Positions 11,089 to 23,862 are shown, counted from the stretch's first letter. The stretch is DNA of 64,000 bases from Mobula hypostoma (GCF_963921235.1 NC_086101.1:1674001-1738000); one strand, 5' to 3'. The notes: generated by a model not told the origin, from the sequence alone. Program-made: numbers and translations.

Positions 11089-13916
11089 TCGAACCATAGA
11101 AACTACAGCACAGAAAAAGGCCTTTTAGCCCTTCTTGGCTGTGCCGAACCGTTTTCTGCCTAGTCCCACTGACCTGCACACAGACCATATCCCTCCATAC
11201 ACCTCCCATCCATGTATCTGTCCAATTTATTCTTAAATGTGAAAAAAGAACCCGCATTTACCACCTCAGCTGGCAGCTCATTCCATACTCCCACCACTCT
11301 CTGTGTGAAGAAGCCCCCCCTAATGTTCCCTTTAAACTTTCCCCCCTTCACCCTTAACCCATGTCCTATGGTTTTTTTCTCCCCTTGCCTCAGTGGAAAA
11401 AGCCTGCTTGCATTCACTCTATCTATACCCATCATAATTTTATATACCTCTATCAAATCTCCCCTCATTCTTCTACGCTCCAGGGAATAAAGCCCTAACC
11501 TATTCAACCTTTCTCTGTAACTGAGTTTCTCAAGTCCTGGCAACATCCTTGTAAACCTTCTCTGCACTCTTTCAACCTTATTTATATCCTTCCTGTAATT
11601 TGGTGACCAAAACTGAACACAATACTCCAGATTCGGCCTCACCAATGCCTTATACAACCTCATCATAACATTCCAGCTCTTATACTCAATACTTGGATTA
11701 AAAAAGGCCAATGTACCAAAAGCTCTCTTTACGACCCTATCTACTTGTGACGCCACTTTGAGGGAATTTTGTATCTGTATTCCCAGATCCCTCTGTTCTA
11801 CTGCACTCCTCAGTGCCTTACCATTAACCCTGTATGTTCTACCTTGGTTTGTCCTTCCAACGTGCAATACCTCACACTTGTCTGTATTAAACTCCATCTG
11901 TCATTTTTCAGCCCATTTTTCCAGCTGGTCCAAGTCCCTCTGCAGGCTCTGAAAACCTTCCTCACAGTCTACCACACCTCCAATCTTTGTAGCATCAGCA
12001 AATTTGCTGATCCAATTTACCACATTATCATCCAGATCATTGATATAGATGACAAATAACAATGGACCCAGCACTGATCCCTGTGGCACACCACTAGTCA
12101 CAGGCCTCCACTCAGAGAAGCAATTCTCTACCACCACTCTTTGGCTTCTTCCATTGAGCCAATGTCTAATCCAATTTACCACCTCTCCATGTATACCTAG
12201 CGACTGAATTTTCCTAACTAACCTCCCATGCGGGACCTTATCAAAGGCCTTACTGAAATCCATGTAGACAATATCCACTGCCTTCCCTTCATCCACTTTC
12301 CTGGTAACCTCCTCGAAAAACTCCAATAGATTGGTCAAACAAGACCTACCACGCACAAAGCCATGTTGACTCTCCCTAATAAGTCCCTGTCTATCCAAAT
12401 GCTTGTAGATTCTGTCTCTTAGTACTCCCTCCAATAACTTACCTACTACCGACGTTAAACTCACCGGCCTATAATTTCCTGGATTACTTTTCGATCCTTT
12501 TTTAAACAATGGAACAACATGAGCCACTCTCCAATCCTCTGGCACCTCACCCGTAGACAGCGACATTTTAAATATTTCTGCCAGGGCCCCCGCAATTTCA
12601 ACACTAGTCTCCTTCAAGGTCTGAGGGAACACTCTGTCAGGTCCCGGGGATTTATCCACTTTAATTTTCCTCAAGACAGCAAGCACCTCCTCCTTTTCAA
12701 TCTGTTCAGTTTCCATGGTCTCACTACTTGATTCCCTCAATTCCATAGACTTCATGCCAGTTTCCTTAGTAAATACAGACGCAAAAACCTATTTAAGATC
12801 TCCCCATTTCCTTTGGTTCCGCACATAGCCAACCACTCAGATCTTCAAGAGGACCAATTTTATCCCTTACAATCCTTTTGCTCTTAGTATACCTGTAAAA
12901 GCTCTTTGGATTATCCTTCACTTTGACTGCCAAGGCAACCTCATGTCTTCTTTTAGCCTTCCTGATTACTTTCTTAAGTATTTTCTTGCACTTCTTATAC
13001 TCCTCAAGCACCTGATTTACTCCCTGTTCCCTATACATTTCATACAACTCCCTCTTCTTCTTTATCAGAGTTGCAATATCCCTTGAGAACCAAGGTTACT
13101 TATTCCTATTCAATTTGCCTTTAATCCTGACAGGGACATACAAACTCTGCACTCTCAAAATTTCCCCTTTGAAGGCTTCCCACCTACCGATCACATGTTT
13201 GCCAGAGAACAACTTGTCCCAATCCACGCTTTTTAGATCCTTTCTCATTTCTTCAAATTTGGCCTTCTTCCAGTTCAGAACCTCAACCCTAGGACCAGAT
13301 CTATCCTTGTCCATGATCAAATTGAAACTAATGGTGTTATGATCACTGGTTCCCCTACACAGACTTCCGTCACTTGTCCTAACTCATTTCCTAACAGGAG
13401 ATCCAATATTGCATCCCCTCTAGTTGGTCCCTCTATATATTGATTTAGAAAACTTTCCTGAACACATTTTACAAACTCGAAGCCATCTAGACCCCTAACA
13501 GTATGGGATTCCCAATCAATGTATGGAAAATTAAAATCCCCTACCACCACAACTTTATGTTTCCTGCAGTTGCCTGCTATCTCTCTTGCAGATTTGCTCT
13601 TCCAAGTCTCGTTGACTATTGGGTGGTCTATAATACAATCCCACTAATGTGGCCATACCTTTCCTGTTTCTCAGCTCCACCCATAAGGACTCAGTAGACA
13701 AGCCCTCTAATCTGTCCTGCCTGAGCACTGCTGTAATATTTTCCCTAACAAGCAATGCTGCTCCCCCACCTTTCATTCCTCTGCCTCGATCACATCTGAA
13801 ACATTGGAACCCTGGAATATTAAGCCGCCAGTCCTGCCCCTCCTTTAGCCAAGTTTCACTAATTGCTATAATGTCATAATTCCACGTGTCAATCCACGCC
13901 CTCAACTCATCCGCCT
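11089..13916 (-). mobile_element. Young CR1 LINE, 5'-truncated, most of ORF2 (APE endonuclease plus RT) with several disruptions
   Basis: ORFs 13555-13905 (IIAISETW), 13317-13550 (GDFN), 11901-12755 (RT), 11160-11897; nested in the + CR1. Confidence 0.95.
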
Positions 13917-14056
13917 TGATTGGTCAGGTCATGAAGGGATATGGGGAGAAGGCAGGAGACTGAAGCAGAGAGGAAAATGGATTGGCCATGATGAAATAGC
14001 GTAGCAGACTCGATGGGCCAAATGGCCTGATTCTGCTCCTGTATCTTAAATGGGCT

Positions 14057-14185
14057 TAATATGGTTTGTCTGATTAGATTCTGAAAATTCCTGTATTAGT
14101 ATGGGTTGTCTGATTGGATTCTGAAATTTCCCATGTAAATATGGGTTGTCTGACTGGATTCTGAAATTTCCTGTGGCAATATGGT
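14057..14185. repeat. About 40-bp minisatellite, right half
   Basis: CTGAAA(A/T)TTC at 14081, 14121 and 14161; same unit as 6528-6628. Confidence 0.85.
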
Positions 14186-14353
14186 TCAGAGTCCTGGTTG
14201 TCACCTGTCAGTGAACAATTGCTGAAAGTCATCATCTCACACAAGTCCAAACCATTAGAGTAAAGAAAGTAAAAGCGTTAAAGGTGCTGATCTGTTAATC
14301 TCTGTAATGGCCATGAATCCCACATTAATGCCGTCTCTATGTTTTCCTCACAG

Positions 14354-14439
14354 TGAAGTCCTGGAATCAAGTTCAGAGACTGAGCAGGTTGTCATCGAGA
14401 TGATTTCTTATGCTCTAAAACCCTGTGTGCTGTTGTGAG
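14354..14439 (+). CDS. Candidate exon (cytoplasmic tail and stop) of the membrane-protein gene
   Basis: Acceptor ctctatgttttcctcacAG|, donor GAG|GTAAAT; phase-1 join to 953-1060 gives MKSWNQVQRLSRLSSR* (TGA 14401-14403); the phase-2 frame gives EVLESSSETEQVVIEMISYALKPCVLL*. Confidence 0.5.
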
Positions 14440-14549
14440 GTAAATATGGTGTTTACAAGGGCTTGGCAGTACAGGGATATGAACTTTAACGTTCTAAGTC
14501 TCACCACATATACAACATATCAGCAGAATCAGACACTTTAATTAACTTA

Positions 14550-15675
14550 GACCATAAGCCCACAAGACATAGGAGCAGAATTAGGCCATCTGGCCCATGG
14601 AGTCTGCTCCGCCATTCAATCATGGCTGATCCTTTTTTCCCTCCTCCTCAGCCCCAGTTCCCAGCCTTCTCCCCGTAACCTTTGATGCCATGTCCAATCA
14701 AGGACCTATCAATCTCTGCCTTAAATGCACCCATGACCTGCCCTCCACAGCTGCATCTGGTAACAAATTCCACAAATTCATCACTCTTTGGCTAAAGAAA
14801 TTTTTCAGCATCTCTGTTTTGAAAGGGCACCCCTCTATCCTGAGGCTGTGCCCTCTTTTCCTAGACTCTCTAAGCTCCATGTACCTATCCAAAAGTCTCT
14901 TAAAAGACCCTATCGTATCCGCCTCCACCACCGTTGCGAGCGGCCCATTCCACACACTCACCACTCTCTGCGTAAAAAACTTACCCCTGACATCTCCTCT
15001 GTACCTTCTCCCCAGCACCTTAAACCTGTGTCCTCTTGTAGTGGCCATTTCAGCCCTGGGAAAAAGCCTTTGACTATCCACACGGTCAATGCCTCTCATC
15101 ATCTTATACACCTCTATCAAGTCACCTCTCATCCTCTGTCGCTCCAAGGAGAAAAGGCTGAGTTCTCTCAACCTGTTTTCATAAGGCATGCTCCCCAATC
15201 CAGGCAACATCCTTATAAATCTCCTGTACACCTTTTCTATGGTTTCCACATACGTCCTGTAGTGAGGCGACCAGAACTGAGCACAGTACTCCAAGTGGGG
15301 CCTGACCAGGGTCCTATATAACTGCAACATTACCTCTCAGCTTCTAAATTCAATTCCATGATTGATGAAGGCTAATACACCGTATGCCTTCTTAACCACA
15401 GAGTCAACCTGCGCAGCTGCTTTGAGTATCCTATGGACTCGGAACCCAAGATCCCTCTGATCCTCCACACTGCCAGGAGTCTTACCATTAATACTATATT
15501 CTGCCATCATATTTGACCTACCAAACTGAACCACCTCACACTTATCTGGGTTGAACTCCATCTGCCACTTCTCAGCCCAGATTTGCATCCCGTCAATGTC
15601 CCGCTGTAACCTCTGACAGCTGTCCAACACCCCCCAACTTTGTGTCATCAGCAAACATACTAACCCATCCCTCCA
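14550..15675 (-). mobile_element. Two abutting CR1 3' fragments; the second resumes at 18625-18697
   Basis: ORFs 14698-15330 and 15337-15660 carry LVRPHLEYCAQFWSP and RVVSVWNG motifs. Confidence 0.85.
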
Positions 15676-18624
15676 TAGAACTACAGAAAAACTACAGCAC
15701 AGAAACAGGCCTTTTGGCCCTTCTTGGCTCTGCTGAACCATTTTTCTGCCTAGTCCCACTGACCTGCACACAGACCATATCCCTCCATACACCTCCCATC
15801 CATGTATCTGTCCAATTTATTCTTAAATGTTAAAAAAGAACCCGCATTTACCACCTCGTCTGGCAGCTCATTCCATACTCCCACCACTCTCTGTGTGAAG
15901 AAGCCCCCACTAATGTTCCCTTTAAACTTTTCCCCCTTCACCCTTAACCCATGGCCTCTGGTTTTTTTCTCCCCTAGCCTCAGTGGAAAAAGCCTGCTTG
16001 CATTCACTCTATCTATACCCAGCATAATTTTATATACCTCTATCAAATCTCCCCTCATTCTTCTACGCTCCAGGGAATAAAGGGAATATTCAACCTTTCT
16101 CTATAACTGAGTTTCTCAAGTCCCGGCAAATTCCTTGTAAACTTTCTGGGCACTCTTTCAACCTTATCTATATCCTTCCTGTAATTTGGTGACCAAAATT
16201 GAACACAATACTCCAAATCTGGCCTCACCAATGCCTTACACAACCTCATCATAACATTCCAGCTCTTATACTCAATACTTTGATTAATAAAGGCCAATAT
16301 ACCAGAAGCTCTCTTTACGACCCTATCTACTTGTGACGCCACTTTGAGGGAATTTTGTATCTGTATTCCCAGATCCCTCTGTTCTACTGCACTCTTCAGT
16401 GCCTTACCATTAACCCTGTATGTTCTACCTTGGTTTGTCCTTCCAAAGTGCAATACCTCACACTTCTCTGTATTAAACTCCATCTGCCATTTTTCAGCCC
16501 ATTTTTCCAGCTTGTCCAAATCCCTCCACAAGCTTTGAAAACCTTCCTCACTGTCCACTGCACCTCCAATCTTTGTATCATCAGCAAATTTGCTGATCCA
16601 ATTTACCACATTATCATCCAGATCATTGATATAGATGACAAATAACAATGGACACAGCACTGATCCCTGTGGCACACCACTAGTCACAGGCCTCCACTCA
16701 GAGAAGCAATTCTCTACTACCACTCTTTGGCTTCTTCCATTGAGCCAATGTCTAATCCAATTTACCACCTCTCCATGTATACCTAGCGACTGAATTTTCC
16801 TAACTAACCTCCCATGCGGGACCTTGTCAAAGGCCTTACTGAAGTCCATGTAGACAATATCCACTGCCTTCCCTTCATCCACTTTCCTGGTAAGCTCCTT
16901 GAAAAACTCTAATAGATTTGTTAAACATGACCTACCACGCACAAAGCCATGTTGACTCTCCCTAATAAGTCCCTGACTATCCAAATACTTGTAGATTCTG
17001 TCTCTTAGTACTCCTTCCAATAATTTACCTACTACCGACGTTAAACTTACCAGCCTGTAATTTCCAGGATTACTTTTAGAGCCTTTTTTAAACAACAGAA
17101 CAATATGAACTATCCTCCAATCCTCTGGCACCTCACCCGTAGATGCCAACATTTTAAATATTTCTGCCAGGGCCCCTACAATTTCAACACTAGTCTCCTT
17201 CAAGATCCGATGGAATACCCTGTCAGATCCTGGGGATTTATCTACTCTGATTTGCCTCAAGATCGCAAGCACCTCCTCCTCTTCAACCTGTATAGGTTCC
17301 ATGACCTCACTACTTGTATGCCTTATTTCCATTGACTTCATGCCAGTTTCCTTAGTAAATACAGACGCAAAAAAAACCATTTAAGATCTCCCCCATTTCT
17401 TTTGGTTCCATACATAGCCGATCACTCTGATCTTCAAGAGGACCAATTTTATCCCTTACTATCCTTTTGCTCTTAATATACCTGTACAAGCTCTTTGGAT
17501 TATCCTTCACCTTGACTGTCAAAGCAACCTCATGTCTTCTTTTAGCCCTCCTGATTTCTTTCTTAAGTTTTTTTTGCATTTTTTATACTCCTCAAGCACC
17601 TTATTTGCTCCCTGTTTCCTATCCATGTCATACATCTCTCTCTTCTTCTCTATCAGAGTTCCAATATCCCTTGAGAACCAAGGTTCCTTATTCTTATTCA
17701 CTTTGCCTTTAATCTTGACAGGAACATACAAACCCTGCACTCTCAAAATTTCTCCTTTGAAGGCCTCCCACTTACCAATCACATCCTTGCCAGAGAACAA
17801 CCTGTCCCAATCCATGCTTTTTAGATCCTTTCTCGTTTCTTCAAATTTGGCCTTTTTCCAGTTTAGAACCTCAATCCTAGGACCAGATCTATCTTTATCC
17901 ATGATCAAGTTGAAACTAATGGTGTTATGATCACTGGAACCAAAGTGTTCCCCTACACACACTTCCATCACCTGTCCGAACTTGTTTCCTAATAGGAGAT
18001 CTAATATTGCATCCTCGGTAGTTGGTACCTCTATTGATTTAGAAAACTTTCCTGAACACACTTTACAAACTCTAACCCGTCTAGACGTTTAACAGTATGG
18101 GAGTCGCAATCAACTCGTGGAAAATTAAAATCCCCTTCTATCACAACTTTATGTTTCCTGCAGTTGCCTGCTATCTCTCTGCAGATTTGCTCCTCCAAGT
18201 CTCGTTGACTATTGGGTGGTCTGTAATACAACCGCATTAAGGTGGCCATACCTTTCCTGTTTCTCAGCTCCACCCATATGGCCTCGGTAGACAAGCCCTC
18301 TAATCTGTCCTGCCTGAGCAAAACATTTTCTCTGACTAGCAATGCCACCACCATCCCCACCCTTCATTCCTCTGCCTCTATCACGTCTGAAACATCGGAA
18401 CCCTGGAAGATTAAGCTGCCAGTCCTGTCCCTCCTGCAGCCAAGTTTCACTAATGGCTATAATGTCATAATTCCACGTGTCAATCCATGCCCTCAGCTCA
18501 TCTGCCTTCCCCACAATGCTCCTAGCATTGAAATAAACACACCTCAGAAGATTATTACCACCACACACAACCCTTCTATTTGTGACTTTGCATGAACTTT
18601 TAACATCATTTATTTTCACTGCTG
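15676..18624 (-). mobile_element. Young CR1 LINE covering all of ORF2 (frameshifted); same subfamily as 11089-13916
   Basis: CVYFNARSI (EN start) through RT ORF 16055-17380 (FADDTK); candidate TSD CTCCA at 15671-15675 and 18625-18629. Confidence 0.95.
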
Positions 18625-18755
18625 CTCCACTTCCTCATCCAGGTCATTAGTCACAGGCCTCCAGTCAGAGAGGCAACCATCTGCTACCACTCGGCTTTAA
18701 ATGACTAGCCCTTTTGGCCGTTTTGTCTCCTCGGCCATGCCTCGTCCACTTCCAG

Positions 18756-18896
18756 ATACAGTATACACCTCTGTTTTCTTCCGAAACCCAAGGAATAAAG
18801 ACCCAAGCTGTCCATCCTCTTCGAAAGCATAGTCCTCTAATTCAGGGAAATAATTCCAGTGAATCTTCTGGAGTGACAAATACTCCACTGGAGTAG
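18756..18896 (+). other. Candidate terminal exon of the membrane-protein gene (coding or 3' UTR)
   Basis: Long pyrimidine-rich acceptor ...ttttgtctcctcggccatgcctcgtccacttccAG|; phase 1 reads TVYTSVFFRNPRNKDPSCPSSSKA*; phase 0 reads IQYTPLFSS...PLE*. Confidence 0.4.
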
Positions 18897-18972
18897 GGTT
18901 TCCCAACATTTTTTATGCAGTAGTGTCTCACCATTAACCAAGAGGTCCATGAACACCAGGTTGGGAACCCTG
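18894..18972. mobile_element. Small hAT/Charlie-like MITE
   Basis: Imperfect terminal inverted repeats TAGGGTTTCCCAAC ... GTTGGGAACCCTG; no TSD visible. Confidence 0.55.
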
Positions 18973-19134
18973 CGCAAAAGAATTCACCAAGTCGGCCACC
19001 ATCTGTAGGAGGGACTGAGGTGTCAGTAATTTGGCTTGGAAGCCCACACCAGGCCAGCAAGGCTAATGATTAAACGGCTCCCATTGCTGATATCTCCAAG
19101 GAGAGCAGTCAGAATGAGCACAAAATTGCTGGTA

Positions 19135-20135
19135 TAAGAACATAAGACCATAAGATACAGGAGAAGAATTAGGCCATTTGGCCCATTGAGTCTGCTCCAC
19201 CATTTCATCATGGCTGATCGATTTTTCCTCTCGGCCCCAATCGCCTGCCTTCATCTCAGCAACCCCGCCCCCCATATCCCTTCATGTCCTGACCAATCAA
19301 GAATCTATCAACCTCTGATTTAAATATACATAAAGACTTGGCCTCCACAGATGCTGGGAACAGGGAATTCTACAGATTCACCAGTCTCTGGCTAAAGAAA
19401 TTCCTCCCCGTCTCCATTCTAAAAGGATGCCTCTCTATTCTGAGCCTGTGCTCTCTGGTCTTAGATATTCCCACCCTCTCTACATCCACTCTCTCAGGCC
19501 CTTTCAACATTTGACACATTGCAATCAGGTTCATCCTTCTAATACAGGCCCAGAGCCATCAAACGCTCTTCGTTTGGCAAGTTTTTAATCATGGAGTCAT
19601 TTTCGTGAACCTCCTTTGAAACCCCTCCAATTTCAGCACATTACTGCTACGATAAGGGGTGCAAAACTGCACCCAAGTGAGGTGTCATCGGTACTTTATA
19701 AAGTCTCAAATTTACATTGTTGCTTTTATATTCTAGTCCTCTTGAAATTAATGCTAACATTTCATTTGCCTTCCTCGCCACAGGCTCAACCTGCAAATTA
19801 ACCTTCAGGGAATCCAGCACAAGGGCTCCCAAATTCCTGTGTGCCTCAGATTTTTATATTTTCTTGCCTTTTAGAAAATACTCAACCCTTTCATTTCTTC
19901 GACAAAAGTACATGTCAATACACTCCCCACACTATATTCCACCTGCCACTTCTGTGCCCATTTTCCTAATCTGCCTAAATCATTTTGTAGCCTCCTTATT
20001 TCTTCAAAAATACCTGACTGTCAACCCATCTTTGTATCAACTGTAAACTTTTCAACAAAGCCATCAATGGTATCATCCAAATCATTGACATATAATGTAA
20101 AAAGAATTGGTCGAAACACAGACCCCTCTGGAACA
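19135..20135 (-). mobile_element. Old CR1 LINE 3' part (resumes at about 22413-22530)
   Basis: Tail ATAAGACCATAAGATACAGGAG; DSLKVNLQVE...KANEMLALISRGLEYKS. Confidence 0.85.
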
Positions 20136-21102
20136 CCACTTTAAAAAAGGAGGGAGAGAGAAACCAGGGAATTATAGACCGGTTAGCCTGACATCGGTGG
20201 TGGGGAAAATGCTAGAGTCAGTTATCAAAGATGTGATAATTGCACATTTGGAAAGCAGTGAAATCATCGGACAAAGTCAGCATGGATTTGTGAAAGGAAA
20301 ATCATATCTGACGAATCTCATAGAATTTTTTGAGGATGTAACTAGTAGAGTGGATAGGGGAGAACTAGTGGATGTGGTATATTTGGATTTTCAAAAGGCT
20401 TTTGACAAGGTCCCACACAGGAGATTAGTGTGCAAACTTAAAGCACACAGTATTGGGGGTAAGGTATTGATGTGGATAGAGAGTTGGTTAGCAGACAGGA
20501 AGCAAAGAGTGGGAATAAACGGGACCTTTTCAGAATGGCAGGCAGTGACTAGTGGGGTACCGCAAGGCTCAGTGCTGGGACCCCAGTTGTTTACAATATA
20601 TATTAATGACTTGGATGAGGGAATTAAATGCAGCATCTCCAAGTTTGCGGATGACACGAAGCTGGGCGGCAGTGCTAGCTGTGAGGAGGATGCTAAGAGG
20701 ATGCAGGGTGACTTGGATAGGTTAGGTGAGTGGGCAAATTCATGGCAGATGCAATTTAATGTGGATAAATGTGAGGTTATCCACTTTGGTGGCAAAAACA
20801 GGAAAACAGATTATTATCTGAATGGTGGCCGATTAGGAAAAGGGGAGGTGCAACGAGACCTGGGTGTCATTATACACCAGTCATTGAAAGTGGGCATGCA
20901 GGTACAGCAGGCGGTGAAAAAGGCGAATGGTATGCTGGCATTTATAGCGAGAGGATTCGAGTACAGGAGCAGGGAGGTACTACTGCAGTTGTACAAGGCC
21001 TTGGTGAGACCACACCTGGAGTATTGTGTGCAGTTTTGGTCCCCTAATCTGAGGAAAGACATCCTTGCCATAGAGGGAGTACAAAGAAGGTTCACCAGAT
21101 TG

Positions 21103-21926
21103 TAAGCAGAACAAGTCTACACGTGCCCTTACACTTCCTCCCTTACCACCATTCAGGGCCCCAAACAGTCCTTCCAGGTGAGGCAACACTTCACCTGTGA
21201 GTCGACTGTGGTGATATACTGCGTCCGGTGCTCCCGATGTGGCCTTTTATATATTGGCGAGACCCGACGCAGACTGGGAGACCGCTTTGCTGAACATCTA
21301 CGCTCTGTCCATCAGAGAAAGCAGGATCTCCCAGTGGCCACACATTTTAATTCCACATCCCATTCCCATTCTGACATGTCTATCCACGGCCTCTTCTACT
21401 GTAAAGATGAAGCCACACTCAGGTTAGAGGAACAACACCTTATATTCCGTCTGGGTAGCCTCCAACCTGATGGCATGAACATCGACTTCTCTAACTTCCG
21501 GTAAGGCCCCACCTGCCCCTCGTACCCCATCTGTTACTTATTTTTATGCACACATTCTTTCTCTCACTCTCCTTTTTCTCCCTCTGTCCCTCTGAATATA
21601 CCTCTTGCCCATCCTCTGGGTCCCCCCCCCCCGTCTTTCTTCCCAGACCTCCTGTCCCATGATCCTCTCATATCCCTTTTGCCTATCACCTGTCCAGCTC
21701 TCGGCTCTATCCCTCCCCCTCCTGTCTTCTCCTATCATTTTGGATCTCCCCCTCCCCCTCCCACTTTCAAATCCCTTACTCACTCTTCCTTCAGTTAGTC
21801 CTGACGAAGAGTCTCCACTTGAAACGTCGACTGCACCTCTTCCTACAGATGCTGCCTGGCCTGCTGCGTTCACCAGCAACTTTGATGTGTGTTGCTTGAA
21901 TTTCCAGCATCTGCAGAATTCCTGTT
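21103..21926 (+). mobile_element. Penelope-like element, 5'-truncated, intact GIY-YIG endonuclease domain
   Basis: VIYCVRCSRCGLLYIGETRRRLGDRFAEHL...EEQHLIFRLGSLQPDGMN (21178-21504); TSD GTTCACCAGAT at 21090-21100 and 21927-21937. Confidence 0.92.
21797..21832 (+). ncRNA. Minimal type I hammerhead ribozyme motif
   Basis: AGTC-CTGACGAA-GAGT(CTCC)ACTT-GAAAC-GTC-GACT: stem I AGTC/GACT, conserved core, stem II, palindromic ACGT in place of stem III; predicted cleavage after C21828. Confidence 0.7.
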
Positions 21927-22569
21927 GTTCACCAGATCGATTCCTGGGATGGCAGGACTTTCATATGATGAAAGACTGGATGAACTAGGCTTATACTCGT
22001 TGGAATTTAGAAGATTGAGGGGGGATCTGATTGAAACGTATAAAATCCTAAAGGGATTGGACAGGCTAGATGCAGGAAGATTGTTCCCGATGTTGGGGAG
22101 GTCCAGAATGAGGGGTCACAGTTTGAGGATAAAGGGGAAGCCTTTTAGGACCGAGATGAGGAAAAACTTCTTCACACAGAGAGTGGTGAATCTGTGGAAT
22201 TCTCTGCCACAGGAAACAGTTGAGGCCAGTTCATTGGCTATATTTAAGAGGAAGTTAGATATGGCCCTTGTGGCTAAAGGGATCAGGAGTATGAAGAAAA
22301 GGCAGGTACAGGGTTCTGAGTTGGATGATCAGCCATGATCATACTGAATGGCGGTGCAGGTTCGAAGGGCCGAATGGCCTACTCCTGCACCTATTTTCTA
22401 CGTTTTCTATGTTAACACCTCTGGCAGCCAACCACAGAAAGCTCTCTTTATGCCTACTCTGCTATCTGCTAATCAGCCACTGCTTTATCCAATCGTTCCT
22501 ATACTACCATGAGCTTGTAGCATGTTAAGCAAATGTCACTTCACTCTTTAATTGAATTGAATTGAATTA

Positions 22570-23862
22570 AGAAGGGAGGAAGGCAAAAGAAAGGAAATCA
22601 TAGGCCAGCTAACCTAACCTCAGTGGTTGAGAAAGTGTTGGCATCTATTATCAAGAATGAGGTTTCAAGGTACTTGGAGACTGAGTCAAAGTCAGCATGG
22701 CTTCTGTAAAGGGAATTTTTGCCTGATAGATCTCCAAGGAAGTAACAAGCAGGGTTGACAAAGGAGAGGCAGTGGATGTCATTTACCTGGATTTTCAGAA
22801 GGCACTTGATTAGGTGCTGCACATGAGGCTGCTTAACAAGCTAAAATCCTGTGGCGTTTCAGGAAAGATACTGGCATGGATAGCGGAATGGCTGACAGGC
22901 AGGAGGCAGCGAATGGGAATAAGAAGGGCCTCTTCTGGTTGGCAGCCAGTGACCAGTGGTGTTCCTCAGGGGTCAGTATGGGACCGCTAATTTTCACATA
23001 GATAATGGAATTTGATGGCTTTGTGGCAAAGTTTGCAGCCGATACAAAGACAGGTGGAGGGGTAGGTAGTGCTGAGAAAGCGATCGCGGCAGGATTTAGA
23101 CAAATTGGAAGAATGGGCAGAAAAGTGGCAGATGGAATACAGTGTTGGGAAATGTATGATAATGCATTTTGGTAAAAGGAACAATAATGCGGACTATTAC
23201 CTAAATGAGGAGCAGTTTGATTTACAGGTTGAGTCTCTGGTACAGAAGGCAAATACAATGTTGGCATTTATTTCAAGGAGGGTAGAATATAAAAGCAAAG
23301 AGATACTGCTGAGCCTTTATAAGACGCTAGTCAGGCTGCACATGGAGTATTGTCAGCAGTTTTGGGCACCATATCTCAGAAAGAATGTGTTGTCATTGGA
23401 CAGAGTTCAGAAGAGGTTCACAAGGATGGCTCCAGGAATGAAGGGGTTAACTTACGAGTAGTGTTTGGCAGCTTTGGGAAGAATGCGGGGGACCTCACTA
23501 AAACCTACAGAATGTCGAAAGGGCTGGATAGGGTGGATGCGGAGAGGATATTTCCTGTGGTGGGGGTATCCAGAACAGAGGGCACAACTTCAAAACTGAG
23601 AAGCGACCCTTTAGAACAGAGGCAATGAGGAATTTTTTTAGGCAGTGAGTGGTAAGTCTGTAGAATGTTCTGCTGCAGACTGCGGTGGAGCCCAAGTACG
23701 TGCATATATTTAAGGCGGAAGTTGATTGTTTCCTGATCGGTCAGGGCATCAAAGGATATGGCAAGAAGTCAGGAGTATGGGGTTGAGTGGGATACGTGAT
23801 CAGCCATGATGGAATGGTGGAGCAGACTCGATGGGCTGAATGGCCTAACTCTGCTCCTATAA
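22570..23862 (+). mobile_element. Old CR1 LINE RT/3' part
   Basis: QDLDKLEEWAEKWQMEY...LVRLHMEYCQQFWAP; 3' tail at about 23860. Confidence 0.85.

Larger units (their letters stand above)
6629..14056 (+). mobile_element. Near full-length decayed CR1 LINE (5' UTR, ORF1 zinc finger/esterase, ORF2 EN-RT) carrying nested insertions
   Basis: ORF1 esterase motif VIGESSVRRMDRRFCG...VHVGTNDMG at 7965-8330; ORF2 fragments 8532-10984; 3' tail 13917-14056; candidate TSD TAATAT at 6623-6628 and 14057-14062. Confidence 0.85.
20136..22412 (+). mobile_element. Young CR1 LINE, 5'-truncated, interrupted by a Penelope element
   Basis: RT ORF 20107-21105 nearly identical to 53019-54530; tail TTTTCTACGTTTTCTATG. 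Confidence 0.95.
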
